Virus record (IMG/VR): IMGVR_UViG_3300024259_000016
Coordinates: 1 to 64,000 of that record
Reading direction: 5' to 3' (one strand)
From: a virus
Length of the DNA stretch: 64,000 nucleotides
Program-made: the position numbers and the translations under genes
The notes under the pieces: model-generated
Databases searched by the model: none
What the model saw: only the letters and a program-made list of their open reading frames with translations
Told to the model about the DNA's origin: nothing
Shown here: one piece after another, positions 1 to 10,573 of the stretch
Position numbering within the stretch: the stretch's first letter is position 1
Layout of the letters: every line of letters begins with the position of its first letter

Positions 1-680
1 GGGGGAGCTGCCGCGGCGGCGCCATCCGCAGGCGGGGTAGGCGGAGGCGGAGCATCGGCGGGGGGAACCGGCGCCGGGGTGGGCGGCGGAGGGGGCGCAG
101 CAGCCTCGGGCGGGGGGGCCTGGGACGGCTGGGGGGGAGCGGCGGTGGTGGCAGCCTCCTCGCCGGGGGTGTTGTCCACCGCGTACTTCCAGTTGGCATC
201 GTTGAAGGGGATGCGGGTCCGGATGTAGTTGTTGGTCCCGTCCTTGCTGACGGTGAGGTAGGCGATGTACTTACGCCCGACCAGGACCTCGTTGTCCGCC
301 GCAGAGCCAGCCTCAGCCAGCTGGGTCAGGTAGTCACGGCAGGCTTCCTCACCGCCCAGGCACGCCTCCCAGATCTGCTTGTAGGCGGCCTTGTCTCGGG
401 CCATGCGCTCCTTCTGCTTGGGGGTGGCCTTGTCCAGGGTAGCCAGGTCACCGTTGCCGATCATGTCGGAGAACGGACGGTCCTCGCGACTGGTGTCGGC
501 GCCGGGGCCCATCTGGATCTCGGTGGCGAAGCGGGTGTAGGAGCCGGGACCATTCTTGTAGCCCCCACCCCCGATCTCAGTGACCTTCAGCAGGTAGAAG
601 CCCTCGGGGTGGGCAACGAAACCAGCGGACGAAGTGCCCAGGAATTCGTTGATGTCAAACGGCAGTGCATTCTTGTTCAT
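1..680 (-). CDS. Putative phage ssDNA-binding protein (DUF669-like) with Pro/Ala-rich tail; 3' end runs off the window; absent from ORF track
   Basis: ATG at 680 with AAGGAGG SD; open to window edge (MNKNALPFDINEFLG...HPEGFYLLKVTE...LVGRKYIAYLTV...PPPP); directly downstream of a Sak4-like ATPase, the usual SSB position. Confidence 0.65.
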   Translation of the reverse strand, partial: MNKNALPFDINEFLGTSSAGFVAHPEGFYLLKVTEIGGGGYKNGPGSYTRFATEIQMGPGADTSREDRPFSDMIGNGDLATLDKATPKQKERMARDKAAYKQIWEACLGGEEACRDYLTQLAEAGSAADNEVLVGRKYIAYLTVSKDGTNNYIRTRIPFNDANWKYAVDNTPGEEAATTAAPPQPSQAPPPEAAAPPPPPTPAPVPPADAPPPPTPPADGAAAAAP

Positions 681-728
681 GGTGGTGTCCTCCTTGTCGA
701 CAGTTGGACGGTTTAAAAAGAAGCTATC

Positions 729-1796
729 CTACCCGTTGAGCGACGGGATAGGCAGCGCGATGTGCTCATAGATGCGGTTGTAGACTGCCCGGAAGGTCGG
801 GGTTGTTCCCAGCTCCGGATCTGTGAGCTTGCCTTCCGGGAAGGCAAAAGCGAATCGATGTCCGACGGAACCGACGGAGTACTTGTCGGGCATCGTATAG
901 AAGACGCGAGAGGTTTCCATGCGTTTGTCAGCAGAGCTGGCATCAGTACTGGTCTGGTACACCGGGGTAGCCTGGATGACAAGATCGGCCGCCGCGGGGG
1001 TGGCCCAAACACTCTGGCCATCAAGAGCCAGCTTCACCTTGTCCAAAAGTAGATTGCCGCGGCCATCCTCTTTGAGGATCTGCTTCTCGTGGCCGATGAT
1101 GATCCGGTTGACAGGAAAAGAGTTCATCTTCTCCATCAGCGCCTGATGAAAATTCTTGAGGAGGCCATAGTCCTGCTTCTGGAACAGCACACCACCCTGG
1201 TCTCTCATCTGCTCGGCCCATCGCTCTCCGGGGCTCTTGCCGTCGCCTCCTCCAGAGGACTTGAGGAGTTTCTTGAGGTCGGCAGGTACAGCAACCTTGT
1301 CCTGGACCAGGGCCAGCCGGTAGGCCTGCAGATCGGTATACCAAAGCCTCTCGAGAAAGCCGATGGAGTCGAGGACCACGGTGGCTACACCCCATGCCCG
1401 CCAGTTCTTCTCGATCATGTCGAGGGCATCCTGCAGGCAGTGATGAGGCTCGTACTTGGAGATGTTGGCCGAGTCGTTGCTGTGCCCCGAGAAGTAGATG
1501 TCGAAGCGGGGGGGAGCCTCCTGGTTGAACACCGGCGGAATCGACAGGTCCTTGCACCGACTAATCAGGTGAGCAGCCACCTGAGGGTAGGTATCCAGGG
1601 CGGCATTACCCCCCTCGGCCACGATGTTCAGGAAGATAGGCGCCGGCCACATACAGGCCCATGTACTCTTGCCCGACTTCGGGGCACCAAACACCAACGT
1701 CGAGGTCTTTTTGGTCACTTCGTTCCCTACGCCGACGGTCCGCTGCGGCGCTCGGGCCGAGTAGCTAATGACGGCTGGCTGTTCCTGGTCACTCAT
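729..1796 (-). CDS. AAA_24 / Sak4-like P-loop ATPase (phage recombination)
   Basis: Walker A GAPKSGKS, Walker B VVLDSI, IIIGHEK motif. Confidence 0.8.
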   Translation of the reverse strand: MSDQEQPAVISYSARAPQRTVGVGNEVTKKTSTLVFGAPKSGKSTWACMWPAPIFLNIVAEGGNAALDTYPQVAAHLISRCKDLSIPPVFNQEAPPRFDIYFSGHSNDSANISKYEPHHCLQDALDMIEKNWRAWGVATVVLDSIGFLERLWYTDLQAYRLALVQDKVAVPADLKKLLKSSGGGDGKSPGERWAEQMRDQGGVLFQKQDYGLLKNFHQALMEKMNSFPVNRIIIGHEKQILKEDGRGNLLLDKVKLALDGQSVWATPAAADLVIQATPVYQTSTDASSADKRMETSRVFYTMPDKYSVGSVGHRFAFAFPEGKLTDPELGTTPTFRAVYNRIYEHIALPIPSLNG

Positions 1797-3580
1797 GAGA
1801 GTCTCCTTGATGCAAAGTCGGACCGCTTCAGGATGTTGAGCAGATCGGTGAGCTGCTTGTGCTCCCGGCCGATCAGGTCGCCAGCGATGGCTTCCTCAGG
1901 CCCAACCCCGAGGACATCCTCAGAGTCCCGCTCTTTGGCCTGGATGCGCTCCAGGATCCGCTCGTCGACGGGATTGTTCTGGAGGAAGAGGTAGATGGCC
2001 TCTTTCTCCTTGACGAAGTCCCCCTCGGCCAGCATACGTCCCTCGACCTGAAGGTTCGGGTCGGGGTTCCAGTCGGGGGTGACGATGAGGCAGCCTGTAG
2101 CGACCTGTAGGGAGTGGTTGGACACCCCGATGCTGGCCCTGGTTGCGACGAGGACAGCCCTGCGGGACTTGTATGTGCCCAGCTCTTCGCACAGTGCCCA
2201 GCGTCGGGCTACAGGCATGGCACCGGTGACTGGCCCTATAACAGGCATCCCTGGACGGAGCCGCTGCAGCTCCTTACAGATGAGGGCTGCTGATGGACGC
2301 CGCTCGGTGAACACGACGAAGGTCTTGTGTGTTTTGAGAGCTTGCAGGGTAGCCTCAGCTGCATGCTGGACCTTGATCTCAGCCATCGCAGAGAGTGTAT
2401 GGGTCAGGGCCACCAACTTGGCCGGATAGGTTCGGGCGGCGCGCTTCTGATCGGCGGTGCCGTCGAACTTGATCCGAGGGCCACCGGGTATCTGGAGCCA
2501 CAGAGCCTTGGGCTGTTTCGCCTTACGGGCTTTGGCTGCCTTACGGCCGGCGGACAGAATAGCATCCTGCAGGGCGCCTCGCTCTGGGCCAGTCAGTTGA
2601 ACCCAGTGTCCTGACCTCTGGACCCGGGTGCCCCCGTGGCTGGCCGCGGTCCCCCGACTCACCTTGAGGACGAAGGGGTCGAGTCGGTGACGTAACTCAG
2701 AGGACTTCTGAGGCTTGCCCATGGTCCAGTAGACCTGACCGCCGCGGGTCTTTTGTTGCTCCATCCCACAGTAGCGGGGGCCGAACATGTCTCCGATCCA
2801 GTCGCCCCACTGCCCGGGCTGCATGATGTCGAGCTGCATCCACAGGTTGTGTCGGCCGGACCGGATGGGAGTGGCTGTCAAGAGCAGGCGCCGGGTCACT
2901 GAGGCCATTCCAGATAGGGCGCGCGTGGCCCCCGACCGGACGGCGGCCGGATTGGCGCAGGCATGAGATTCATCGATGATCAGGTTGACGGGACAGCCTC
3001 GACCCTGCCTGCGGATGAGAGGACCGACCTGCTCCAGGATATCGTAGTGGGCAAACCTGATGAGCTCATCCTTTTTGATGTCACCCTCTGAGACGTGTGC
3101 AACCTTCAGGCCGAAGTACCGGGCAGGGTCCCCCTTGGGCGAGCACCAGGTCTCGGCCGCTTGTAGGGGGCCCAAGATCAGGGTGGGCTCATCGAGGGCA
3201 CCCATACGATGGTATGCCTGTAAGGAGACGGGGGTCTTCCCCAGGCCAGGGGCCGCGGCGTACAGACAGCCGTTGGCATCGAAGCCATAGTTGGCCAAAC
3301 CGAAGCTAGAGAGAGCACGACGGATGAAGGTGACAGCTCGCCGTTGGTAGGACCTGAACTCGAGGCAGCCGCGGGGTGTTGTAGGAGAAGCATCCTCAGG
3401 ATACTGTAGGATCTTGTCCGCGCCGGCTGCCCCATCTTGGCTCTGAGGGAGCTGGAGAGCCAGATCGGAGAGGAGGAGCTTGTCGGCCTCTCCTCCATTG
3501 TGCGATGCAGCAAGCCGCCAGGGCCCTGCGATGTTGACTGTGTTTTGCACTGACGGACAAGGTGTCATACGGCAAACCAC
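1793..3580 (-). CDS. SNF2-like superfamily 2 helicase (true start probably downstream of 3580)
   Basis: APGLGKT, IIDESH, LLTATP, LWMQLDIM, WNPDPNLQVEGR motifs. Confidence 0.85.
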   Translation of the reverse strand: MVCRMTPCPSVQNTVNIAGPWRLAASHNGGEADKLLLSDLALQLPQSQDGAAGADKILQYPEDASPTTPRGCLEFRSYQRRAVTFIRRALSSFGLANYGFDANGCLYAAAPGLGKTPVSLQAYHRMGALDEPTLILGPLQAAETWCSPKGDPARYFGLKVAHVSEGDIKKDELIRFAHYDILEQVGPLIRRQGRGCPVNLIIDESHACANPAAVRSGATRALSGMASVTRRLLLTATPIRSGRHNLWMQLDIMQPGQWGDWIGDMFGPRYCGMEQQKTRGGQVYWTMGKPQKSSELRHRLDPFVLKVSRGTAASHGGTRVQRSGHWVQLTGPERGALQDAILSAGRKAAKARKAKQPKALWLQIPGGPRIKFDGTADQKRAARTYPAKLVALTHTLSAMAEIKVQHAAEATLQALKTHKTFVVFTERRPSAALICKELQRLRPGMPVIGPVTGAMPVARRWALCEELGTYKSRRAVLVATRASIGVSNHSLQVATGCLIVTPDWNPDPNLQVEGRMLAEGDFVKEKEAIYLFLQNNPVDERILERIQAKERDSEDVLGVGPEEAIAGDLIGREHKQLTDLLNILKRSDFASRRLS

Positions 3581-3723
3581 CTGTCAACACCCTTTCTGAG
3601 AAAAGTCTCCGCTAACTGTCCGGAATTGTAGGTCCGCTCAGGGGGTACTGGAAATTCCCTTGACTTTCTGGGCGTTTGTTCTAACCTATGAATCTCAGTA
3701 GTGACCGGGAGGTAATGTAACAA

Positions 3724-4917
3724 ATGCCAAGGAAAATTGCAGACTTAGAGGTCTATTCAACTATCGAAGCAGTGCAAGCCGAAGAGCCCCCCGAGGGGAG
3801 GTGGATAGCCAAGCCCATCATCCCTACTGTAGGGAAGTTCCTCGTCTATGGGGACCCCAACGATTACAAGACGTTCACCATGTTTGACTTCCTGTTGGCC
3901 TACGCCAGCAACGGGACCTACTTTGGGGGGCTCCCCGTCGAGAAGGCAGGGACAGCTCTGTTTATCACGGCCGAAGGGGATATCTACGACACAGGTGCTC
4001 GGCTCCGGATGCTCATGCGGGGCCACAAGGACAAGGACCCCAACAACGTCGACCTCTACATGATCCATGATTCCATCCACCTCAACACCCCGCGGGGCCT
4101 GCAGCAATTCAACGATCTGCTCGTGGAGCTGGAGCCTGGTCTGGTCTTGTTCGACCCACTCCGGCATTTCATCCCCGGGGTCGACGAAAATGATGCCACT
4201 CAGATGGGGCTCTTTTGCGAGAACATGAACGGCTTCATTCGCAGCTATCGCTTCAGCCTGGGGTTCATCCACCATGCCAGTAAGAAAGGGAAGCCCCGCG
4301 GTTCCTCCGTCCTCGAGGGGTGGGTCGACTCCATGCTGCAGTTCGTCTGTGAGCGGGGTATTGAGCTCCATGATACAGAGCAGCTGTTCGACGTGATCAC
4401 TGTGCGGCAGAAGAAAGCTCGTAATGCCAAATACTCTCCTGACACCCTGCTGGTACCCGTCTTCGATAACTCCGATGAGCCTACCGAGACCGTCTACTAC
4501 GCCATGCTTGAGGGGATGAGGGAAGGTGACAGCCCCGCCACTGTAGAGGCCGCACAGCGGGTCTTGGCCTGGCACAAACGCCGCGGCCTGGCTGAGATGG
4601 ATATGCCCTTTTCAGTTAACCAGGCCGTCCAATCCATCAAAGGGGGTCGCCCCAACAAGATCAAGGCTGCCTTGACTTTCCTCCACGAGCGCGGTCTTGC
4701 CGAAAAGGCCGATGCACTGGTTTCTACTGGTCAAGGAAGAACACGATCAACCCCGGGCTGGCGCCTGCTCACCTCGACAATTGACAACATCCAAGCTATG
4801 CTTTCCCTCATGAAGAAGTATTCCGAGGTGCCGTACAGCAGCGACCCATTTCAGGCCCTCGAGGACGATTTTGGTTATCGTCCTGATGATGTCGAACCCC
4901 CAGATCCAGAAGAGTAG
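3724..4917 (+). CDS. RepA/AAA_25-family helicase-like ATPase
   Basis: Variant Walker A GDPNDYKT, ITAEG, LFDPL, IHHASK, RGSSVL; GGAGG SD upstream; divergent from SNF2 gene. Confidence 0.8.
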   Translation: MPRKIADLEVYSTIEAVQAEEPPEGRWIAKPIIPTVGKFLVYGDPNDYKTFTMFDFLLAYASNGTYFGGLPVEKAGTALFITAEGDIYDTGARLRMLMRGHKDKDPNNVDLYMIHDSIHLNTPRGLQQFNDLLVELEPGLVLFDPLRHFIPGVDENDATQMGLFCENMNGFIRSYRFSLGFIHHASKKGKPRGSSVLEGWVDSMLQFVCERGIELHDTEQLFDVITVRQKKARNAKYSPDTLLVPVFDNSDEPTETVYYAMLEGMREGDSPATVEAAQRVLAWHKRRGLAEMDMPFSVNQAVQSIKGGRPNKIKAALTFLHERGLAEKADALVSTGQGRTRSTPGWRLLTSTIDNIQAMLSLMKKYSEVPYSSDPFQALEDDFGYRPDDVEPPDPEE

Positions 4918-4926
4918 CCCCAACCT

Positions 4927-5196
4927 ATGGCCCTTACAGACAAAAGCGAAGTGGATGCAGCCCTGGCCCTGCTCAAGGTCGAGCCTGCCCTGCGCCAGAA
5001 GTTCGACAAGATCATCATCGCCCTCGAGCGGAGGGGGTTAGCCCCCGCGGTCCCTTGTCCCGTCCTCGCTGACTGGCTCGCCTACAAGCCGGACCCGAAT
5101 GCCCCTTGTCTAGCCAACACCCTCATCGACATCAAGGTCCGCCAGAGCCCCCCCAGCTGGGCCGAGCGAATCAGGACCCTCCACCCCGGCCGCTAG
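4927..5196 (+). CDS. Hypothetical protein
   Basis: ATG 9 nt after previous stop, 89 aa. Confidence 0.5.
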   Translation: MALTDKSEVDAALALLKVEPALRQKFDKIIIALERRGLAPAVPCPVLADWLAYKPDPNAPCLANTLIDIKVRQSPPSWAERIRTLHPGR

Positions 5197-6433
5197 CTAA
5201 TGCGGCAGTAATGCGTCCAGCCAAAGACGAATTCACCGGCCCGCTCGCCCTTGATTTTGTGGTCGCCGGCAACTGGTCTAAGAACCTTCCTGCACTTGAT
5301 ACATCGAGGCCACATCTCCCTGGGGTAGTCCTCCAGGTAGATGTCTATTGGCCCACGCCGGGTCCAATGATCTGTCCAGTGGCTCATGGTTTGCCGTCTC
5401 CTGTTGCTTTCGACATAGCCTGGCGCAAGTCGGCCTCTGTCGTTCCAGGGGGCACCATGACCGCTGGTCTGCCGCAAAAGAGGCAGGCATCGCCGCAGTC
5501 ACGTTTTAGGATTCGCCGCGAGATGTGCGCCGCTGGACAACCCCAGGTCGGGTAGTCGTACCAGCGGTCTGGGATGCCTAAAAACACTGCAGATCCCTCG
5601 GCCTCTGCTTGCGCTGATTCCATATCCCTCCAGATGACAAGCTGCTGGATGTCCGCCGCATCAAACGAAGTCATGGCGTGTCGCTCTTGGTCGCTTTCGA
5701 CTCATGGACCCGGCCCCATTTCCGTGATGCTCTGTATTCATCCATGGCGGAGGGCTGCAGGCGGGCAATTTGCTCTGGCGTATACCCGTTTTCGTGTGCC
5801 ACAAGAGCGAGCTGCTCGTGGAAAAACTGCAGCGTCATCTCGGGACTATTGACGCCCCACGACACGCCTTTGGATGGTGCAGCCTCGTCCACCTCTCGTT
5901 TGTAATTCTCGATAATGTCACGTTTAAAACCACCCGCAAGCCGGGCCACTGCCGCCGCGAGTTGGCGCAGATCGTAGACCATTTGGGGCTCAAGCCCGTG
6001 GCTCCAGTGGTCGAGACGCCACTGTGCAAGATGACACTTCTTCAGGATTACTGCTGCCGCCTGAATTCCTTCATCCATCGACCTGCCCCTTGTCTCGGAG
6101 TGTCGATTCCAGCACAGCCTCACGCCAATCAACAGGGACCTGGTGGCCCTGGCCGGCGTCGTCTATCAGCTGGACCAGCTTGGTCAGGGCTAGGCGGAAG
6201 CCCCCCTCAATCAGCTTGCTGATCCGGAGCCCAGCCTCCATCCGGAGGATATCAAGCTGAAGTGCCCTGGTGGATGAATAGATCCGAACGTCCTCGCAGA
6301 CCAGCCTCTCTTTCTTGGGGCCGCCCCAGATCGTCAGGTCCTTATGAGACACTTTTCCGCTCCGGGATGGTGCGATTAAGCAAAAAAGGGAGCCCTCCGT
6401 GAGACACTTCTTAGGGTCTGAGCGTGCCATCAT
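5193..6433 (-). CDS. Four small coupled hypothetical genes (about 6433-6071, 6078-5671, 5674-5384, 5387-5193)
   Basis: Overlapping stop/start junctions; two carry CxxC pairs. Confidence 0.55.
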
Positions 6434-6504
6434 GTCACTCCTTTTGTGCCAACCTGGCACAGTAGTCTACTGCGATTCCCCCAGGTGCTTCTTATGGGGG
6501 GAGG

Positions 6505-6539
6505 GGGTTTCTGTAAATGTAACCTTTGTCCACAGGTTT
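6505..6539 (+). repeat. 35-bp inverted repeat copy A (contains DnaA-box-like TTGTCCACA)
   Basis: GGGTTTCTGTAAATGTAACCTTTGTCCACAGGTTT is the exact reverse complement of 15419-15453. Confidence 0.9.
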
Positions 6540-6618
6540 CTCTTAACAATATCATGGGGTTCTTATATTACAGAAAAGTGAGGTACACCTGTGGCACACG
6601 ATCTGGAACCCCCCGTGA

Positions 6619-9600
6619 TTATTCATCAAAGGTTACATTTCGGAGAAAACGCCAAAATGGACTGTCCGGATCAAGGTAACCCGGCTTGGTTCTGGTAACG
6701 AACAGGCGGTCCTGGGCGCGGGTGACTGAGACATATAGGAGCCGGGTCTCTTCCTGAGACAGTTCGGGGTCCATCTTGGACTTGGCGCCGGGGAACCTGC
6801 CGTGCACCACATCAGCCAGGATGACGTTCCGGGCCTCCTTGCCTTTGAAGCCGTGGATGGTGCTCAGGGTGAGCACGTCCCCCTGCGACGGCCCTGCCTG
6901 GCCCTGGGCCTGCCTGTGCATCTCATGCATGCGCCGCAGCAGGTCAACCTGAGCCAGCAGCTCCCCTACGGTGTCGAATTCGGAGGCAAATTCCATGAGC
7001 TCTTCGAGCACAATGAACGCCCCCTCGGAGCCCTCGGCCTTGGTCAGCCCGAACTTCTCGGCTAGGTACTCCACGTAGCCGATCTCATCGATGACGAACT
7101 TCATCATCTCGGCGGGCCCGCGGCCCTCCCGGCCCATGATCCTCAGCCTGATGATCAGCTCCTTCAAGCTCCTGAGAGCCAGCCTCTGTGGCTTGATGAG
7201 CCTGGCCTTGTCTAGGATCTTGTCGATGAGGTCTGTCTCCTCAGAGCCCTCTGCCGCTGCGTACTGGGGCCTGCCTACGAACCTCTTGGGGACGTTCATG
7301 ACAGCCCGCAGGGCGGTCCCGTCAACATCCAGGCCGGCGCCCACCCGCAAGTAGTTGAGCAGGTCCCGGGCCTCACGCCCATCCAGGATGAAGCCCCCGC
7401 ACAGCTTGATGTACGGCACCTCGTTCTTGGTACACCAGATGGAGATCCAGTGCAGTACGGCCGCGGTCCTGGCCAGCACCGTGGTCTCCCCCAAGCCCAG
7501 CTCCTGAGCCTTATCCACGATCCATTTGACCTCGTCCATCCGGCTCTCGAAGGTCTTGAACTCAATGGGCTCACCACCCTCTGCCCGCCGCGGCCGAATC
7601 TGACCTGCCAGGTGCCAGGGCCTACCCTTCACAACAGCCGAGCCCAGGGTGCAGATCTTGTCGGTGGACCGGTAGTTGTTCGGGAGCTTGAACAGCTTGG
7701 CCTTGTCCCTGTCGATGAACTGCAGGATAACCCCAGGTTCCGCAGTGCGCCAGGAATACACACTGTTGTGGACAGCGATACCGTTGGCGAAGTAGTTGGT
7801 CGTTCCATCGATATCCAGGTCCCTCAATTCGAGAGGTTCTTCCGATCGGTAACCTGTCTTGGCTACAACCTCGTCGGGTGCTCCGTCGTCCCCCCAGATC
7901 CAGGTACCTGGAACGAGATTGGCCAGTGGCATAGCTGTCATTTTCTCCCCGCAGGGTCCTTTGGCACTGCTCAAGCTGACCCTAAGGACGGCACGAATTT
8001 TAGTTGCACCAGCAACTATGTCCCCAATCTGCTCGGCAGCAGCATGTGCTTCCGCACCGGATGGGTATCTCCGACGAATCCTGGCTGTCCCGCGACGTCC
8101 GTCTCGGACAGAGATACCTGTACAGGCTGTTATCGCCTCACGAATCTTTTGGGGCGCCAGTTCCTGTGATTCGCAGGTCAGCTCAGCCGGCCGATTGTTT
8201 TTAACACCCAATGTCAATGTAATAATGATGCGCTTACCGACCTGACTTTGGGGTAAGTACGTGGGCCAGGCAAAGAGCATATGAAACAACTTGAGGATCT
8301 TTGGCCCCCCCTTGCATCCGAATTCCTTGAATATGGCTGCAGCTCCGGCTTCCGACAGGCGTAGCTTCCGACCCACTGTCTTGAACGGGAGTGTAGGGAC
8401 CTTGTAGCGTAAAGACAGCTGCAGCTCTTGCAGAGCAGCATCAGCTGCCGTCTCATGACAATCGAGCAGCCACAGGGCATCAGCTCCTTCGTGCAATGCC
8501 CGAACGGATACAGAGTGACGGGCTGCGTTTTTTGCACCTTGGGTAAGTCCTATCCGAAACCCCATGTCTTTGCGCCACATGAGGTAGGTGTAGAAGCGGA
8601 CATTGGAGTGGGGCATGCAGGCAAAGACCAGGTGGTCGGAAGAGCCCTCTAGAATTCTCCCAGATGCTGTCTTGATCTTCGTTATCTCGGTCTTGTCTGT
8701 CGCTCCGGCATGTTGGACTGTTCTAAACACCTGTTTGCCACCCTGGCATGAACCGACAGAGTCCCCGGCTTCGATATCCCGGAGTAGCACCCTGCCCCGG
8801 GTTTTTGTCTGAATCATTGTCGTGTGGGGGTTCAGGCACTGGCTCAAGTCTCCGGCCAGCATCAAGTTCTGATCCCGGTCGGACCCACCCACCGTCGGGT
8901 AGATTCGGCTGGGCAGCCCCGCGGCCAGGCGCATCAGATCATGCTGGATGCCACTGCAGTCCTGAGCCTCATCCACGATGACCACGGACCACTGGGACCT
9001 CCACCAGGCCAGCAGGTCAGGACTCCCGATGAGCAGGTGCCAGACGAAGGACTGCACATCGTCGTAGCTGTACTTGGCCATGTCCCAGCGCAGCGCCTCG
9101 ATCTCCTGATACATGGTCAAGGCCTGCTGAGAATCGATGGGCATCTTGTCGGCCAACCACGACTCAGCTATCCGCCGTACCAGCTCCCGGCCGTTGTCAT
9201 TCAGACCAAACCAGTCCTTACGCCAGGGGACAGGCCCTGTGTTCTTGCACCGAGACATGAAGGTGGACAGCACCTCGTGGTCTACGATCATCTCAGGGAT
9301 CACCTTCATCTTCTTGAGACGGTCGACCTGGGCACGCTGGGCGGCCGGCAAAGCACCGTCCTCGTCGTGCGACATGGCATCGAAGAGCCAGGGCGCCATC
9401 TTCGGCCCCCTGTCGTAGCAAAGCCCGTGGATGGTTCTGACCTCACATCCCTCGATACCCATCCCCGAGAGCCGCTCGATCATCTCCCCACAGGCTGCCC
9501 GGGTGAATGTGACCAGCAGTATCCGCCACGAATCCACCCCGGCCTCGACCAGGTCCCTCACCCGCTCCAGCAGGCACCGAGTTTTGCCACTGTTATGGAC

Positions 9601-10500
9601 CAGGAACCCGGAGGCTTCGAAGTTATGATGTGGCCCCTTCATCTTGATGTCGTATGTACGCTGCGGCCCAGCCGGGGAGACCGACTTAACGATTCCGACC
9701 CGGGTATATTTGATGCCAAAGTTTTCATCTTTGCCATGAAGTCTGGCATGGGCCTTTTTCGACAGCAGCTGTAGATTCTCAGGGACATCATTGAGGGAGT
9801 CCTCATCCTTATGGTGGACCTCCAACTTAGGGTCCAGATAAGAGAAGATGGAGGGCAAGTCTCCCCGAGTTTTCAAGATTGCAACATAGTCGGAATAAGG
9901 AATCCCATTGATGGAGGCTTCCAGGACCAAACGAGCCCGCGGCACTTCCCAGTATCTGTACTTCTCCTCACGAATACGGAGGGTCCCGGCGGGATGATGG
10001 ACATGGAGGGTAACAACCCGACGTTTAGCATATCGGGTTCTCCCTTCCCCCTTCTTAGGGAGCATATTCCCGAGGAGAAGGACCTCATCGCCGGCGGACA
10101 GTTGCCCGGCCGGCTTTCCATCAATAAGGTCCGAAGGAGTCAGGAAGGGATGGTCCCGGGTACATGTTAATTCCAGGCCGCATCGGGTCGTAACGATGAG
10201 ACAGTCCTGAACTCCGGAATCCACGATGGCCTCGATCTCGCGGTAGGCCACAACCCCCCCAGGCTCAATCGACTTGATCCTAGATGTCATGGACAGGTCC
10301 CGACCTATCGACCTCCTGCACGGGAGACCATTGAATTTCCGGTAGGCCTCCTCGATTGTGTAGGGCCGAGATCCGGGTCGTTGTCCCCTGCTAATACCCA
10401 CGATAGCGTCGGCTGCGAGGCAACCTGGGTTGCCGGCCACCACCGAGGGGCCCAGGCGATGCACCGCTACTTGCTGCTGATCTTCATCCAGATTAATCAT
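6619..10500 (-). CDS. UvrD/PcrA/Rep superfamily 1 helicase with two inteins
   Basis: After removing inteins: AGNPG/SGKT, VTFTRAA, TIHG, VDEAQD, GDLSQ/SVYSWR, NYRST, STIHGFKGKE, EETRLLYVSVTRA. Confidence 0.93.
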   Translation of the reverse strand: MINLDEDQQQVAVHRLGPSVVAGNPGCLAADAIVGISRGQRPGSRPYTIEEAYRKFNGLPCRRSIGRDLSMTSRIKSIEPGGVVAYREIEAIVDSGVQDCLIVTTRCGLELTCTRDHPFLTPSDLIDGKPAGQLSAGDEVLLLGNMLPKKGEGRTRYAKRRVVTLHVHHPAGTLRIREEKYRYWEVPRARLVLEASINGIPYSDYVAILKTRGDLPSIFSYLDPKLEVHHKDEDSLNDVPENLQLLSKKAHARLHGKDENFGIKYTRVGIVKSVSPAGPQRTYDIKMKGPHHNFEASGFLVHNSGKTRCLLERVRDLVEAGVDSWRILLVTFTRAACGEMIERLSGMGIEGCEVRTIHGLCYDRGPKMAPWLFDAMSHDEDGALPAAQRAQVDRLKKMKVIPEMIVDHEVLSTFMSRCKNTGPVPWRKDWFGLNDNGRELVRRIAESWLADKMPIDSQQALTMYQEIEALRWDMAKYSYDDVQSFVWHLLIGSPDLLAWWRSQWSVVIVDEAQDCSGIQHDLMRLAAGLPSRIYPTVGGSDRDQNLMLAGDLSQCLNPHTTMIQTKTRGRVLLRDIEAGDSVGSCQGGKQVFRTVQHAGATDKTEITKIKTASGRILEGSSDHLVFACMPHSNVRFYTYLMWRKDMGFRIGLTQGAKNAARHSVSVRALHEGADALWLLDCHETAADAALQELQLSLRYKVPTLPFKTVGRKLRLSEAGAAAIFKEFGCKGGPKILKLFHMLFAWPTYLPQSQVGKRIIITLTLGVKNNRPAELTCESQELAPQKIREAITACTGISVRDGRRGTARIRRRYPSGAEAHAAAEQIGDIVAGATKIRAVLRVSLSSAKGPCGEKMTAMPLANLVPGTWIWGDDGAPDEVVAKTGYRSEEPLELRDLDIDGTTNYFANGIAVHNSVYSWRTAEPGVILQFIDRDKAKLFKLPNNYRSTDKICTLGSAVVKGRPWHLAGQIRPRRAEGGEPIEFKTFESRMDEVKWIVDKAQELGLGETTVLARTAAVLHWISIWCTKNEVPYIKLCGGFILDGREARDLLNYLRVGAGLDVDGTALRAVMNVPKRFVGRPQYAAAEGSEETDLIDKILDKARLIKPQRLALRSLKELIIRLRIMGREGRGPAEMMKFVIDEIGYVEYLAEKFGLTKAEGSEGAFIVLEELMEFASEFDTVGELLAQVDLLRRMHEMHRQAQGQAGPSQGDVLTLSTIHGFKGKEARNVILADVVHGRFPGAKSKMDPELSQEETRLLYVSVTRAQDRLFVTRTKPGYLDPDSPFWRFLRNVTFDE
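7765..8838 (-). mobile_element. Intein 2 (358 aa) in UvrD motif III, with a possible GIY-YIG-like central domain
   Basis: Starts CLNPHT, GSSDHLVF, ends YFANGIAVHN followed by S; central YTYLMWRKDMGFRIGLT...ADALWLL. Confidence 0.88.
9592..10422 (-). mobile_element. Intein 1 (277 aa) in UvrD Walker A, with in-frame HNH endonuclease
   Basis: Starts CLAADA, block B LTCTRDHPF, ends FLVHN followed by S; HNH EVHHKDEDSLNDVPENLQLLSKKAHARLH. Confidence 0.9.
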
Positions 10501-10573
10501 TGACGTCTTGTCCTTTTACCTATAAGATATAGGTAAGGAGAGGTCTATTCACAGGTCTCTTTTAAAGCTTTTC

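Noticed and set aside
10516-10536. TTACCTATA-AGA-TATAGGTAA hairpin upstream of uvrD
   Set aside because: Real 9-bp stem but a single instance; function cannot be assigned
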